DNA from: Ostreococcus lucimarinus
Lineage: Eukaryota
Assembly (NCBI GenBank): GCA_000092065.1
Contig: CP000601.1
Strand: one strand, 5' to 3'
Length of the DNA stretch: 64,000 nt
Shown: positions 18,578 through 27,620 of the stretch, in pieces
How positions within the stretch are numbered: position 1 is the stretch's first letter
Layout of the letters: each line of letters opens with the position of its first letter
The notes under the pieces: model-generated
What the model was told of the DNA's origin: nothing
Database searches by the model: none
The model's input: the letters and a program-made list of their open reading frames with translations, nothing else
Translations under genes and position numbers: made by a program

Positions 18578-19684
18578 ATGCGCGTTCGCCCGTCCGCGAT
18601 GGCGACGGCGTCGAGCGCGCGCGCGGCGACGCACGCGTCCGCGGCGGCGCGGCGCGGATCGACGCACGCGATGCGCGCGCGAGGAGGGGCGCCGCGCGTC
18701 GTCGCGCGCGTCGCGGGGACGGTTTTGGGGATTTGGGCGATGGCGCACTTGGCGCGCGCGACGTCTCGCGCGTTCGCGCCGACGCTCAACGCGCACCGCG
18801 ATCGAAGCGGACGGTGCGAGGAGACGCCGGGGAAGTGGGACGTCGACGCGGCGCGAGCGCGGGCGCGGGCGCTGACGGCAGAGAGCGAGGCGATGCGCGC
18901 GGATGGGTTCGCGGTGCTGCTGAATACGTTTGAAAGACCGGATTTGTTGAAGACGGCGCTGAGACACTACGGGAAATGCCGAGGCGTGGAGGAGATACGC
19001 GTGGTGTGGAGCGAAAAACGCGACGCACCGCGAGAGGGGACGGCGGAGGATGGATACTTTGTGAAGAAGAAGCCGGGATTGGTGCGATACGACGCGCACG
19101 CGGAATCGACGAGCATACAGAATAGATTTGAACCGTTGGATGATTTGCGCACCAGGGCGGTGTTTAACGTGGATGAGGACGTGAGAATTCCGTGTGAGAC
19201 TTTATATAGAGGATTTAAGGCGTGGCAGAAGCACCCTGACGCGTTGGTGGGGTATTACGCGAGGAATTATGCGCCGGCGAAGAAGCCGAGCGACGGGTGC
19301 TCGTGGAGATACGTCGCGAACGAGTTTCAACTTTGGTGGAGTGGGAAGTACAGTATCATCCTCACCAAGGCGGCGTTCATGGATCAAAAATATTTAAAAC
19401 TGTATAAGGAGCATTTACCCGACGGTGTGCGGGAATACATCGACAAGGGGGGGGGGAATTGCGAGGACATCGCGATGCAATTTTTAATCTCCTCGATTAC
19501 GCGCGAGGCGCCCGTGTACGTGCCGGCAAGTTTGATGTATTACACCAAGGCTAAGTTGGGTGGAGTTGGCGTCGCTGGAATTAGCAGTGGTGCGGGACAT
19601 CACCTCAAGCGCGGTGATTGCATCACGGATTTCCAGACGATGTTTGGCGCCGAACACATACCCCTCGTGGAAACGTATCAATAG
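18578..19684 (+). CDS. glycosyltransferase family 64 (EXTL/GINT1-like) type-II membrane protein
   Basis: GT64 block FAVLLNTFERPDLLK, DxD-like VFNVDEDV, and the family-diagnostic GGGNCEDIAMQFLIS. N-terminal signal-anchor VVARVAGTVLGIWAMAHLA. Confidence 0.8.
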   Translation: MRVRPSAMATASSARAATHASAAARRGSTHAMRARGGAPRVVARVAGTVLGIWAMAHLARATSRAFAPTLNAHRDRSGRCEETPGKWDVDAARARARALTAESEAMRADGFAVLLNTFERPDLLKTALRHYGKCRGVEEIRVVWSEKRDAPREGTAEDGYFVKKKPGLVRYDAHAESTSIQNRFEPLDDLRTRAVFNVDEDVRIPCETLYRGFKAWQKHPDALVGYYARNYAPAKKPSDGCSWRYVANEFQLWWSGKYSIILTKAAFMDQKYLKLYKEHLPDGVREYIDKGGGNCEDIAMQFLISSITREAPVYVPASLMYYTKAKLGGVGVAGISSGAGHHLKRGDCITDFQTMFGAEHIPLVETYQ

Positions 19685-19727
19685 CGAGCAATGCATTACA
19701 TATATTCACGCGTCAGCAATCACGCGC

Positions 19728-21260
19728 TCACACCGCGTTTTCGAGGTACTTGCGCGTGAATTCGTCGCTCTCGCCGAGCTTGAAAGCGCGAGAGTGAATT
19801 TCGAGCACCGAACCCACGCGCATGTCGCGCAAGTCGTAAAACGCGCCCGTCTCGTCGCGCTTCCTGACTCTGGCGCGCTCCAGAAACTTGCTCGAGCAAC
19901 TGTCCTTTGACGCTTGTTCGAAAATTGACAACGTCTTGTCACCGACGTGGAACGAGACCACAAAACGACGCGAAGCATCGAATTCGCACACTTCATCAGC
20001 GTCGCTGATCGGGACCATTTCGGCGCGAAACTGCAAAACGATTTCGTCATCCTTCGCGACGTCCTTGCGCGGCGGCTTGGGAATGAGCGAAATGCAGTTT
20101 TGCAAGCTGTCCTCTTCGCTCCCGATGGCGAGACCTGTGTGCTCAGGTATGCGATGCGCTGGAACAGTATCCTCGGGCTCGGTGACGTCGTGCGGCTCGA
20201 AAGCAGCCTCCGTCAACTCGCCCGGGAATTTCGTCAGGTACCACGACTTCGTGAATTCGTCGCAGTCGTAGATGAAGAAATCTCTCTTGTACACTCGAAT
20301 CGTGTCCCCGACGTGCAAGTCTTCCGCGGTGACATAATCGAAATCATCGTTCGCTAGACCTCTGGCGTTCGCATCTTCATCGCGCAGAGGTAATCTGGAC
20401 CTGTGCAGAAGCGTCGAAGACATCCCGCTTCCTCGCCCCGATTTGTTCGCTTCGACTTCGGTGATGGCGACGGTGTCGTCGATGAGAAAGAACGTCAGAA
20501 CAAATCTTCGCCTGTCGCCGAATTTCGACCTGTCGTCCCAAACGCAGTAGAAGCGAAGCACTTGCTTGTCGTGCGTGAGAAATTTCCCTCGAGCATCCTT
20601 CTTCGTAGAACGCGCGGCGCGACGCGCGAGCCGAACCTCCTCCCACGACGGACCGACGCCGTCGGGTTCGCGCTCATCATTCGGGACATCGACGCCGACG
20701 CGTCCGAGGTAATCGCGCGTGAATCCATCGCAGCGATAAATTTTAAACTCGAACCCGTAGATCGTTACCGCTTTGCCAACGTTTAAATCTCCCAAAGTCA
20801 CGCCGCGCACGACGTGACGCTTGAGAAACGCGCCTTGGGGCATGCCGCTGTTCTCCACGCGCGGTTCCGTGATTTTGATCGATCCGTCCTCGAGGAAAAA
20901 GTAAATGACGCATTTCCGGCATCTCGCGCTCTCCTTTTGACCGTTTTCGACGGTTTCATCAAAATACGCGTTAAATCGCAAGACGAGCCCGTGCAATTTA
21001 ACGTACTCGGGCGCGTACGCCTTCGCCTCGCCGCGCGCGGGCGCGTCCGCGAACGCGTTCGCGTCGAACACATCGACCTCGCCGTCCGAGTCTCGAGGAA
21101 TCGCGTAGCCATTCACAAAACTCAGCGATTGCGTCTTCGGTTTCATCGATGCCTGCGCGCGACGACGCATCGACGCTCCGTCGTGAGTCGTTCGAGTCGA
21201 GTCTTCGCGCGCGCGCGACGGCCGCCATCCGCGCGCGACGACGCACCGTCGGCGTTCCAA
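19728..21260 (-). CDS. EFHC1: EFHC1/Rib72-like axonemal protein with three DM10 domains
   Basis: Three repeats of the DM10 pattern (LRF.AYFDE...CVIYFFLEDGSIKITEPRVENSG; LRFYCVWDD...FVLTFFLIDDTVAITEVEANKSG; VLQFRAEMV...FVVSFHVGDKTLSIFEQASKDS), each followed by F.Y.CD.FT..YL. Typical of flagellar protofilament-ribbon proteins. Confidence 0.8.
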   Translation of the reverse strand: MERRRCVVARGWRPSRAREDSTRTTHDGASMRRRAQASMKPKTQSLSFVNGYAIPRDSDGEVDVFDANAFADAPARGEAKAYAPEYVKLHGLVLRFNAYFDETVENGQKESARCRKCVIYFFLEDGSIKITEPRVENSGMPQGAFLKRHVVRGVTLGDLNVGKAVTIYGFEFKIYRCDGFTRDYLGRVGVDVPNDEREPDGVGPSWEEVRLARRAARSTKKDARGKFLTHDKQVLRFYCVWDDRSKFGDRRRFVLTFFLIDDTVAITEVEANKSGRGSGMSSTLLHRSRLPLRDEDANARGLANDDFDYVTAEDLHVGDTIRVYKRDFFIYDCDEFTKSWYLTKFPGELTEAAFEPHDVTEPEDTVPAHRIPEHTGLAIGSEEDSLQNCISLIPKPPRKDVAKDDEIVLQFRAEMVPISDADEVCEFDASRRFVVSFHVGDKTLSIFEQASKDSCSSKFLERARVRKRDETGAFYDLRDMRVGSVLEIHSRAFKLGESDEFTRKYLENAV

Positions 21261-21360
21261 TCATCCCCGGAAGATTCGCCAGAGTCACGCACTCCACCGC
21301 GCGCCGCGTCCTCGCGTTCGTTTCGCCCTCCATCGCGTTCGTTCACCGCTCTCCGCGCGT

Positions 21361-21395
21361 CGCGATGCGTCGCGATGCGTCGCGATGCGTCGCTT
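21361..21395. repeat. tandem 10-bp repeat (CGCGATGCGT)x3
   Basis: cgcgatgcgtcgcgatgcgtcgcgatgcgtcgc read directly, in the long spacer upstream of the EFHC gene. Confidence 0.8.
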
Positions 21396-21631
21396 CGCCG
21401 ACTTCTATTTTCGGCGCTTCGCCTCCCCGACGACGCGCGCGCGGGAAGCGCGCCCGTAACAACGAACGCTGTTACGTCGTTCGACGCGGCCGTCACCGCG
21501 CCGCGCGTCGACGACCGCCTCGCGCGCGCGTCGACGACGACGCGTCGCGATCGACGCGGCGTCGCGCGTCGCTCGACCGTCCCGCGCGCGCGCCGCGCAT
21601 TCGCGCGTCGTCGTCGACGCGCGCGCGACGC

Positions 21632-22015
21632 ATGCGGCACAGGATCGTCGAGCGACGCGCGCGCGCGATGCACGCCGACCAGTTCCGCGATCCCGCGCGC
21701 GAGGACGAGGACGACGACGACGACGACGACGAGATGGACGCGCGGGCGCGGGCGCGGGCGTGGGCGCGACTGCCGACGAAGACGAAGTGCCTGGGACCGA
21801 CGCTGCTCGCGCTGGGGACGGCGATGCTCGGGACGCGCGCGCTCTTCGCGCTGGGCGCGATCGAGGCGGACGCGCACGCGGCGCGAGGGACGACGACGGC
21901 GCTGACGGTGGTGGGAGGGATGTGCGCGCTGGCGGGAGGGTACGCGACGACGGTGATGTGGATGACGGCGCGAGGCGCGCGCGGGTGGTCGTACGAGATG
22001 ATTCCGGGGGAGTGA
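21632..22015 (+). CDS. candidate small acidic two-TM membrane protein (speculative)
   Basis: In-frame ATG at 21632; poly-Asp tract; then two hydrophobic helices (CLGPTLLALGTAMLGTRALFALGAI and ALTVVGGMCALAGGYATTVMWM). It lies in an otherwise unexplained 820-bp spacer. No homology recognised. Confidence 0.25.
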   Translation: MRHRIVERRARAMHADQFRDPAREDEDDDDDDDEMDARARARAWARLPTKTKCLGPTLLALGTAMLGTRALFALGAIEADAHAARGTTTALTVVGGMCALAGGYATTVMWMTARGARGWSYEMIPGE

Positions 22016-22080
22016 GGACGACGGGTTCGGGACGCGAGGCGGCGTCGGGTGATGTTACAGAGTCGATGTGAAGCGCGCGT

Positions 22081-23544
22081 CTAGGCGCGTTCGGAGAGCT
22101 CGGCGACGCGGGCGCGGAGACGGGCGTTCTCGTCGCGAAGCTCGGCGATGGCGGTCGCTTGGGCTTGGGCTTGGGCGTAGAGATCGCGGAGGGCGGCGGA
22201 GACGGAGGCGGCGGATTGCGCGACTTCGGAAAAGTAGCGTAGATCCACGCCCATGTCGTCCGCGCCGGCTTCGGAGTGCACGGTGAATCGACCTTTTTGT
22301 ACCGCCTTCTTTGTGCGCGAAACGCCCGGCGCGGGTGAGCTCGCGGGCGTGGGAGACGTGCTTCGGCTGCCGCGCTGGTTGTCCTCGATGATGTCAAACC
22401 GTCCTCGTCGCTGCACCGTTTGCGACGTCGCCGACGACTCGGGCGCGTCTTCGGTGATGATTTCGAATCGGCCTTTCTTCTCGATGCTCCTCTTTTCGCC
22501 CATGTGCATGTTTTCGAGCGCGTTCGCCGCGGCGATGGCGTTGGATTCAGCCACCGCGGGATCGTCCATCGCCGCCGCCTGCGCCTTCAATTCGTCGACG
22601 TCAAAATTCCAATTAGACACCCCGTGCTTGTAAGCTTCGTTCGAAGCGGCTTCCGCTTGCGCCTCACCCACGGCGTTCGATTCCGCGCGCCGTTTCGCCT
22701 CGCGTTCGGCGAGCATGCGCGTGCGATCGCCCAGAGAAGGGATGTTTTCGAGCAACGTCTTCGCGAGCCAATCGGCTTTCTTCGCCTCCTTCAAAAATTT
22801 GTGCTCCAAAAGCTTGCTCGCCGGCGGGCGCTTGGACGGATCCTTTTGCAGGCAAAGACTGACGAACTCGCGAAGGGCGCGAGAGAAATGCCGACCGTCT
22901 TCGGGTTGCTCTTCGAGCGTCGGCGCTGGGTTTTGAAGCGTCATCAAGAGCACCTTCATCGGCGGAAACTTGGAAAACGGCGCGTGCCCGTGGCACAACT
23001 CCAGCACCGTGATCCCGAGCGACCAAATGTCGGCGTGAAAATCGTACCCGTTCTCTTGCTCCATCACCTCTGGCGCCATCCAGCACGGCGTGCCGACAAA
23101 AGTCTGGTGCGACCGCGGTCGGCCTCCCGAACCCCAACACGAAGCGCTCACGCCGAAATCGGCCAGCTTCACCGCCCCGTTCTCATCCACCAAAATGTTC
23201 CCAGCCTTGATGTCTCGATGAATATTCCCATTACGATGAAAGTAATCCAGCGCCTTGAGCGCCGCCTTGACGATGCACGCGATGACGGGTTCCTCGAAAC
23301 CTCCCGGATGCGACCACTTCATCAAATTCAGCGCCGATCCCCCCGCGAGATACGGCATCACCACCCAAAGCGACGCCTCGTTCACGAACGAGCTATAATA
23401 TTTCACCAAATTCGGATGACTCAGCATGCTCATCGTCTGCGCCTCGCGTCGGATCTCGTCCAGGTGTTCCGGCTCGTGTTCCTCGAGATCCAAAACCTTC
23501 ACCGCGACGACTTCGTCGTTCGTCGCGCATCGCGCTCGCCACAC
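22081..23544 (-). CDS. STE20-family Ser/Thr kinase, OSR1/SPAK (GCK-VI)-like, exon 2
   Basis: Begins VWRARCATNDEVVAVKVLDLE (VAVK lysine). HRDIKAGNILVDENGAVKLADFGVS, GTPCWMAPE, DIWSLG. C-terminal regulatory region carries the RFxV/I-like GRFDIIED (PF2-like). The ORF-track start is a GTG at the splice acceptor; the Gly-loop is missing from this exon. Confidence 0.85.
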   Translation of the reverse strand: MWRARCATNDEVVAVKVLDLEEHEPEHLDEIRREAQTMSMLSHPNLVKYYSSFVNEASLWVVMPYLAGGSALNLMKWSHPGGFEEPVIACIVKAALKALDYFHRNGNIHRDIKAGNILVDENGAVKLADFGVSASCWGSGGRPRSHQTFVGTPCWMAPEVMEQENGYDFHADIWSLGITVLELCHGHAPFSKFPPMKVLLMTLQNPAPTLEEQPEDGRHFSRALREFVSLCLQKDPSKRPPASKLLEHKFLKEAKKADWLAKTLLENIPSLGDRTRMLAEREAKRRAESNAVGEAQAEAASNEAYKHGVSNWNFDVDELKAQAAAMDDPAVAESNAIAAANALENMHMGEKRSIEKKGRFEIITEDAPESSATSQTVQRRGRFDIIEDNQRGSRSTSPTPASSPAPGVSRTKKAVQKGRFTVHSEAGADDMGVDLRYFSEVAQSAASVSAALRDLYAQAQAQATAIAELRDENARLRARVAELSERA

Positions 23545-23674
23545 CTGCGTCGCGCGCCGACACCATCGCTCGCCCGTCAGTCCCGCGTCCGTCTCGCGTC
23601 ATCGCGCGCGCGTCGTCTCGCGCGTCGTCGTCGCGTCGCGTCGCGTCGCGTCGCGTCGTTCGCCTCGCGCGCAC
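23545..23674 (-). other. inferred 130-bp GT-AG intron (phase 0) in the OSR1-like kinase gene
   Basis: Minus-strand donor GCGACG|GTGCGCGC (intron starts 23674). Acceptor GACGCAG| ends at 23545, then GTGTGGCGA. Interior is (TCGCG)n/(CGACG)n-rich. Splicing joins EIGHGVSAT to VWRARC..., restoring subdomain I-II spacing. Confidence 0.6.
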
Positions 23675-23791
23675 CGTCGCGCTCACGCCGTGCCCGATCT
23701 CCTCGAGCAGCTCGTACGCCGACGCGTTCGTGGGGTACGCCGACGGCGCGCCCGGCGCGTCGCTCGCGCCCTCGCTCGCGTCGCTCGCCAT
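23675..23791 (-). CDS. OSR1/SPAK-like kinase, exon 1 (start codon to Gly-rich loop)
   Basis: ATG at 23791..23789. Encodes MASDASEGASDAPGAPSAYPTNASAYELLEEIGHGVSAT, a 39-aa segment containing the Y.L.E.IG.G.sA.V kinase subdomain I. Confidence 0.6.
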
Positions 23792-23975
23792 GGCGCGCGT
23801 CGCGCGCGTCGATCGTCCGCGCGCGCGCCGCGAAGTGCGACGCCGCGAAGCGCGACGCCGCACGATGTCGCGCGCGCGCGGACGCGCGGCCGCGGCGGCG
23901 CCGACGCGCGCGCGCGCGAGGCGACGCGCGCGAAAGGGCGGTCGTCGAGCGACGCGCGTCGCGCGCGCGCGCGCG

Positions 23976-24007
<32 letters not shown>

Positions 24008-24014
24008 TGGACGC

Positions 24015-24767
24015 ATGCGAGAGGACGAACTGCGCGCGGCGATCGACGAAGCGAGAGAGATCCTCGCCGAGGCCGCGCGAATGGCGAACGAACAGGCGCG
24101 CGCGGAGCTCGCGCGAACGTTCGACGCGGGCGACGGACGCGGCGCGGCGTTCGAGTGCGTGCGGGTGGAGGAGTTTTTGAAGGGGAAGGGCGCGCGAACG
24201 CTCGACGCGGAGCGCGCGGCGAGGGAGCTGTACATCGGGGACGCGTACTTTCAAGACGTCGAAAAGTTGATGGTGCAGTTCGATCGGTTGGAGCGCGCGC
24301 TGGGAGGGGTGCCGGGAATGAACGTGGGCGCGCTCGTGGGGCGGTGCACGGAGGTGGCGACGTGCGACATCGCGAGGGCGACGGCGAACTTGTTGACGCT
24401 GCGAGGGGCGTTTAAGGTGGGAAAGATTAGCGCCATGGTGATGGATTGTCCGAAACTGTTGATGTGTGACGATTTGGAAGATCGCATACGGCGCACGCAA
24501 GCGTGCATCACGCGGATTTGGGCTTCGGAGAGCGACGAGGATACGATTTACGCGATCTCAGAGGAACCAAATTTGCTCTTCACGCTGTGCGATTTGCCGA
24601 TCTTCGCGGAAGATATCTCGGTCGATATTTCAGAGCTTCCGATGTCGGTGCAAGGTGCGTGTGTTGTCGTCGCGCGCGCGCGCGTTCGTCGTCGAACGGC
24701 GTTTGTTTCTAACCATTCTTCGCGTGTAGAGGCGCTCGTTTTCGCGACTCGAAGGTTCAAAGCTTAA
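24015..24767 (+). CDS. hypothetical protein (weak mTERF-like helical-repeat resemblance)
   Basis: ORF 23730..24767; proposed start MREDELRAAI at 24015. The earlier in-frame ATG at 23790 overlaps the kinase start codon on the other strand. Repeated L..G.....I..m...P.LL motifs (KVGKISAMVMDCPKLLMCD; DTIYAISEEPNLLFT) loosely resemble mTERF repeats. Confidence 0.4.
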   Translation: MREDELRAAIDEAREILAEAARMANEQARAELARTFDAGDGRGAAFECVRVEEFLKGKGARTLDAERAARELYIGDAYFQDVEKLMVQFDRLERALGGVPGMNVGALVGRCTEVATCDIARATANLLTLRGAFKVGKISAMVMDCPKLLMCDDLEDRIRRTQACITRIWASESDEDTIYAISEEPNLLFTLCDLPIFAEDISVDISELPMSVQGACVVVARARVRRRTAFVSNHSSRVEALVFATRRFKA

Positions 24768-24922
24768 CGGTTCATAGACTCACCTCCGGTGGTTTTCCAC
24801 GCTCTACGCGCGCAGCGATGCTCGTGTACGCGTGTGGCATGGAGAACGAGTGATAATGTGTTCGTGTTGTATTCTATCTATAGGCATTTGTGCATTATAA
24901 AACGCAGGCTTGTAAAACGATT

Positions 24923-26524
24923 TCATTTGTAGAATTTCTTCTTGGCTGGGGATTGCGCGGCGCCGGTAAAACCGGCGTACGAACTAAGCTGCGGGATTTC
25001 CACTCCATCAGCCTTGGCTTTTTCCATGGCGGCGATCCTGCGCGGATCCCATTCGTCTAGCACGGCGAGCGGCAAATCGTTCGGGTGTCGCGCCACCACG
25101 TACCCCCAAACTTCGCTACGAGGCAACTTTTTGTGCCACGCCAACACATCGCGCTGCATCGACCCGAAACAGCAGTACCAGAACGACAGAAACGGTGAGG
25201 TACGTTCACCCAGGGCGCCTATGTGCGTTCGCTTGCGACGCGCCTTGGCGCTTTCTTCGCTTTGACCTTTGGCGGCGCGCGCCTTCACCATCGCCTTGGG
25301 TGTCCAATAATAATAACGCTTCTTCGGCGCGATGTAGAATGGCAAGATTTGCGCTCGAGCGGCACCACCACCGTGACGCTTGATACCATCGTCATTCTCC
25401 TCGACGTCATCTTCGTTGTTTTCCTCGTCTTTGCGCTGAAGCTCGAGCGATTTCGCCTTTTCCTTCCCTCGCGAGCCGCCCGTGAGCAACGCGGGCAGGT
25501 AGTAATCCTTGTGAATGACGTACGAGGGCAAGAGCAGCATGTACGGACGGCCGTGTGCAGCAAGATTTTCTGCCGCAAACGTCACGCACTTCTCTATGTG
25601 GTCAGCAGAGTACGGTGGATTTGTCAGGAAGACGTCGTGCTCGGGCACGCGCCCCTCTTCGATGACTTTGTAAAAATCTTCGTTGCGATTGATGACGTTC
25701 GTGAATCCAATCAAAGCCAAGTTCCTTCGCGTACCTCCGGCGCAGTAGTAAGGGTCATAAATCACCAGGTCGGCGGGCGTTTTATTCAAGCGCCCGCACG
25801 CCGCCTTTAAGAAATTCGCTACGTTTTCGTGCGCCTCAGGCGACGTCTCGCAGTGGTCGTCCGCGTCCGTCTCGAACGGATGCTCTACCTCCGCCGGCGC
25901 CTTAAATTCTTCCGCTAACTTCGCGTTCCCCTTAAAGATCGCCGGTATCGTCTCCCCACGCTCGTTCAAAACCGCCCCTTTCTCTTTTCTCTCATCCTTT
26001 TTCTTCTCCGCCGGTTTCCAATACGTATAGCTCTGCGTCGCGTCGTCCCACGTCCCGATCCTGACGTGTTCCCCATTCGCCGTACGCTCCGTGCTCGAGT
26101 ACACGGCTTTAGACTTTTTATCCACGAGCACTAATTCGTCGTTCATCACCACGCCCTCGACGTTAAACGTGCCGTGGAACACCTTGTCTTCGTCGTCGGC
26201 GTTCGCCGCGTCGCCGCCGCCTTCCGTCTCGTCCGTTCCTCGCGGTCGTCCCTCTTCCAGTTTACGCCGTTTTGCGCGCGCTTGCTTGGCCTTGCGCTTC
26301 TTTTCTCGCGCGCGTTCGAGCTTGGACGCGCGATTCGCGCTCACGCGCGCGTCGGCGTCGGTTTTATCGTCGCCGCCGCCGCCGCTCGTCGTCGGCGGCG
26401 ACGCGTCGGCGGCGGCGCTCGCGTCGTCGGCGCCCTCGGCGAGCTCGCGCGCGCGCACGCGAGCGATGAAATCGTCCTCATCGCTCGAGCCTTCGTCGAA
26501 GCGGGAGAGATCGGGCGCGGTCAT
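24923..26524 (-). CDS. putative N6-adenine/N-methyltransferase-like protein (NPPY motif) with acidic/K-rich N-terminal region
   Basis: DLVIYDPYYCAGGTRRNLALIGF (motif I-like) followed by DVFLTNPPYSADHIE (catalytic NPPY, motif IV of amino-methyltransferases). Exact family not resolved. Confidence 0.5.
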   Translation of the reverse strand: MTAPDLSRFDEGSSDEDDFIARVRARELAEGADDASAAADASPPTTSGGGGDDKTDADARVSANRASKLERAREKKRKAKQARAKRRKLEEGRPRGTDETEGGGDAANADDEDKVFHGTFNVEGVVMNDELVLVDKKSKAVYSSTERTANGEHVRIGTWDDATQSYTYWKPAEKKKDERKEKGAVLNERGETIPAIFKGNAKLAEEFKAPAEVEHPFETDADDHCETSPEAHENVANFLKAACGRLNKTPADLVIYDPYYCAGGTRRNLALIGFTNVINRNEDFYKVIEEGRVPEHDVFLTNPPYSADHIEKCVTFAAENLAAHGRPYMLLLPSYVIHKDYYLPALLTGGSRGKEKAKSLELQRKDEENNEDDVEENDDGIKRHGGGAARAQILPFYIAPKKRYYYWTPKAMVKARAAKGQSEESAKARRKRTHIGALGERTSPFLSFWYCCFGSMQRDVLAWHKKLPRSEVWGYVVARHPNDLPLAVLDEWDPRRIAAMEKAKADGVEIPQLSSYAGFTGAAQSPAKKKFYK

Positions 26525-26591
26525 CGCGCGCGCGAGGCGGCGTCTGCGGCGAGTCGAGGCGAATCGGTGTCGTGTACTACAAAGGATTTTA

Positions 26592-27560
26592 TTACGCGGT
26601 ACCGCGCTTGACGTATCGAGCGGGTTGTCCAGGGGCGAGCGGAGGTAAGACTTCCATGTCTTGCATCTCCCCGCCGCCCTCGCCGGTGGTGATCAACGCG
26701 ATCTCAACCTTGTGCTCGTCGCCGTCGATGCGCGTCGCCGCGGCGATGACGCCCGGACCGAAAAACGTCGTAATCTTGCTCACGCGATCGGTCCACTCGG
26801 TGAAGTCCATCTTGGGCGAATCGAACTCGAGGCACAACGCGTAACGATCGTTGATGATCTGTTCGGACAACCCCACGAGCTCGGGGGCTTGGTTTCTTCG
26901 CAAACCGCCCGGTCGGTTGAAGCGGAAAATAATCTTCAGCGCCTCCTCCAAATGTTGCTCATCTCCGTATCTGTATCGCGTCACGTCCCCTCGCACTTGA
27001 GTCAAGATCGGCGTCGTTTGTTCCTCCCGCACTTTCAAAGCGTCCTCGTACGTCACGAGCTTCAACGGTTCCAACTCGGCGTACTTCAGCGCGAAGCCGA
27101 TGAGCGAAATCGGAAAGCCGTAAATCAACATCAACGCCGAGATGTCCGCCCCCGGCAGGAACGAAAAGTACGCGCAGAACCCGTACAGCAGCAGAGGCAA
27201 TCCAACGCTCAGACCGATCGTGCCGAACGACGTCGTGCTCAGCAGCGCGGCTTCCTTTTCGTCGGACACCTTTCGAGACCCGCGGCGCAGCTCAAACGTC
27301 GTCGTCGTCGCCGCCGCCGCCGCGCCCGCCGCGCCCGCCGCGCCCGCGCTCGCGCCGCTCTTCCACGCGTCGATCCACGCCTGCGCCTCCTTCGCGCGCG
27401 CGTCCGGGCTCGCGATCGCCGCGCTCGCGCGCGCGCGGACGGCGGACCGAGCGGATAAGACGCGACGCGCCGTCGTCGTCGTCGTCGTCGCGCGACGCGC
27501 GGGCGCCGCGCGCGCGGGCGGCATCGCGCGCGTCATCGCGTGCGTCATCGCGGCGTGCAT
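26592..27560 (-). CDS. plastid-type conserved membrane protein (two TM helices; cyanobacterial-like DUF)
   Basis: S/T/A/R-rich presequence. Two hydrophobic helices (IGLSVGLPLLLYGFCAYFSF; ISALMLIYGFPISLIGFAL). Then a soluble domain LVTYEDALKVREEQ...YRYGDEQHLEEALKIIFRF. Domain identity (DUF2854-like) is from memory and not verified. Confidence 0.5.
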   Translation of the reverse strand: MHAAMTHAMTRAMPPARAAPARRATTTTTTARRVLSARSAVRARASAAIASPDARAKEAQAWIDAWKSGASAGAAGAAGAAAAATTTTFELRRGSRKVSDEKEAALLSTTSFGTIGLSVGLPLLLYGFCAYFSFLPGADISALMLIYGFPISLIGFALKYAELEPLKLVTYEDALKVREEQTTPILTQVRGDVTRYRYGDEQHLEEALKIIFRFNRPGGLRRNQAPELVGLSEQIINDRYALCLEFDSPKMDFTEWTDRVSKITTFFGPGVIAAATRIDGDEHKVEIALITTGEGGGEMQDMEVLPPLAPGQPARYVKRGTA

Positions 27561-27620
27561 TCGATCGGCGTCGGGCGCGTTCGCGGCGCGCGACGGATTG
27601 TGAAGCGCGCGGTGGATGCG

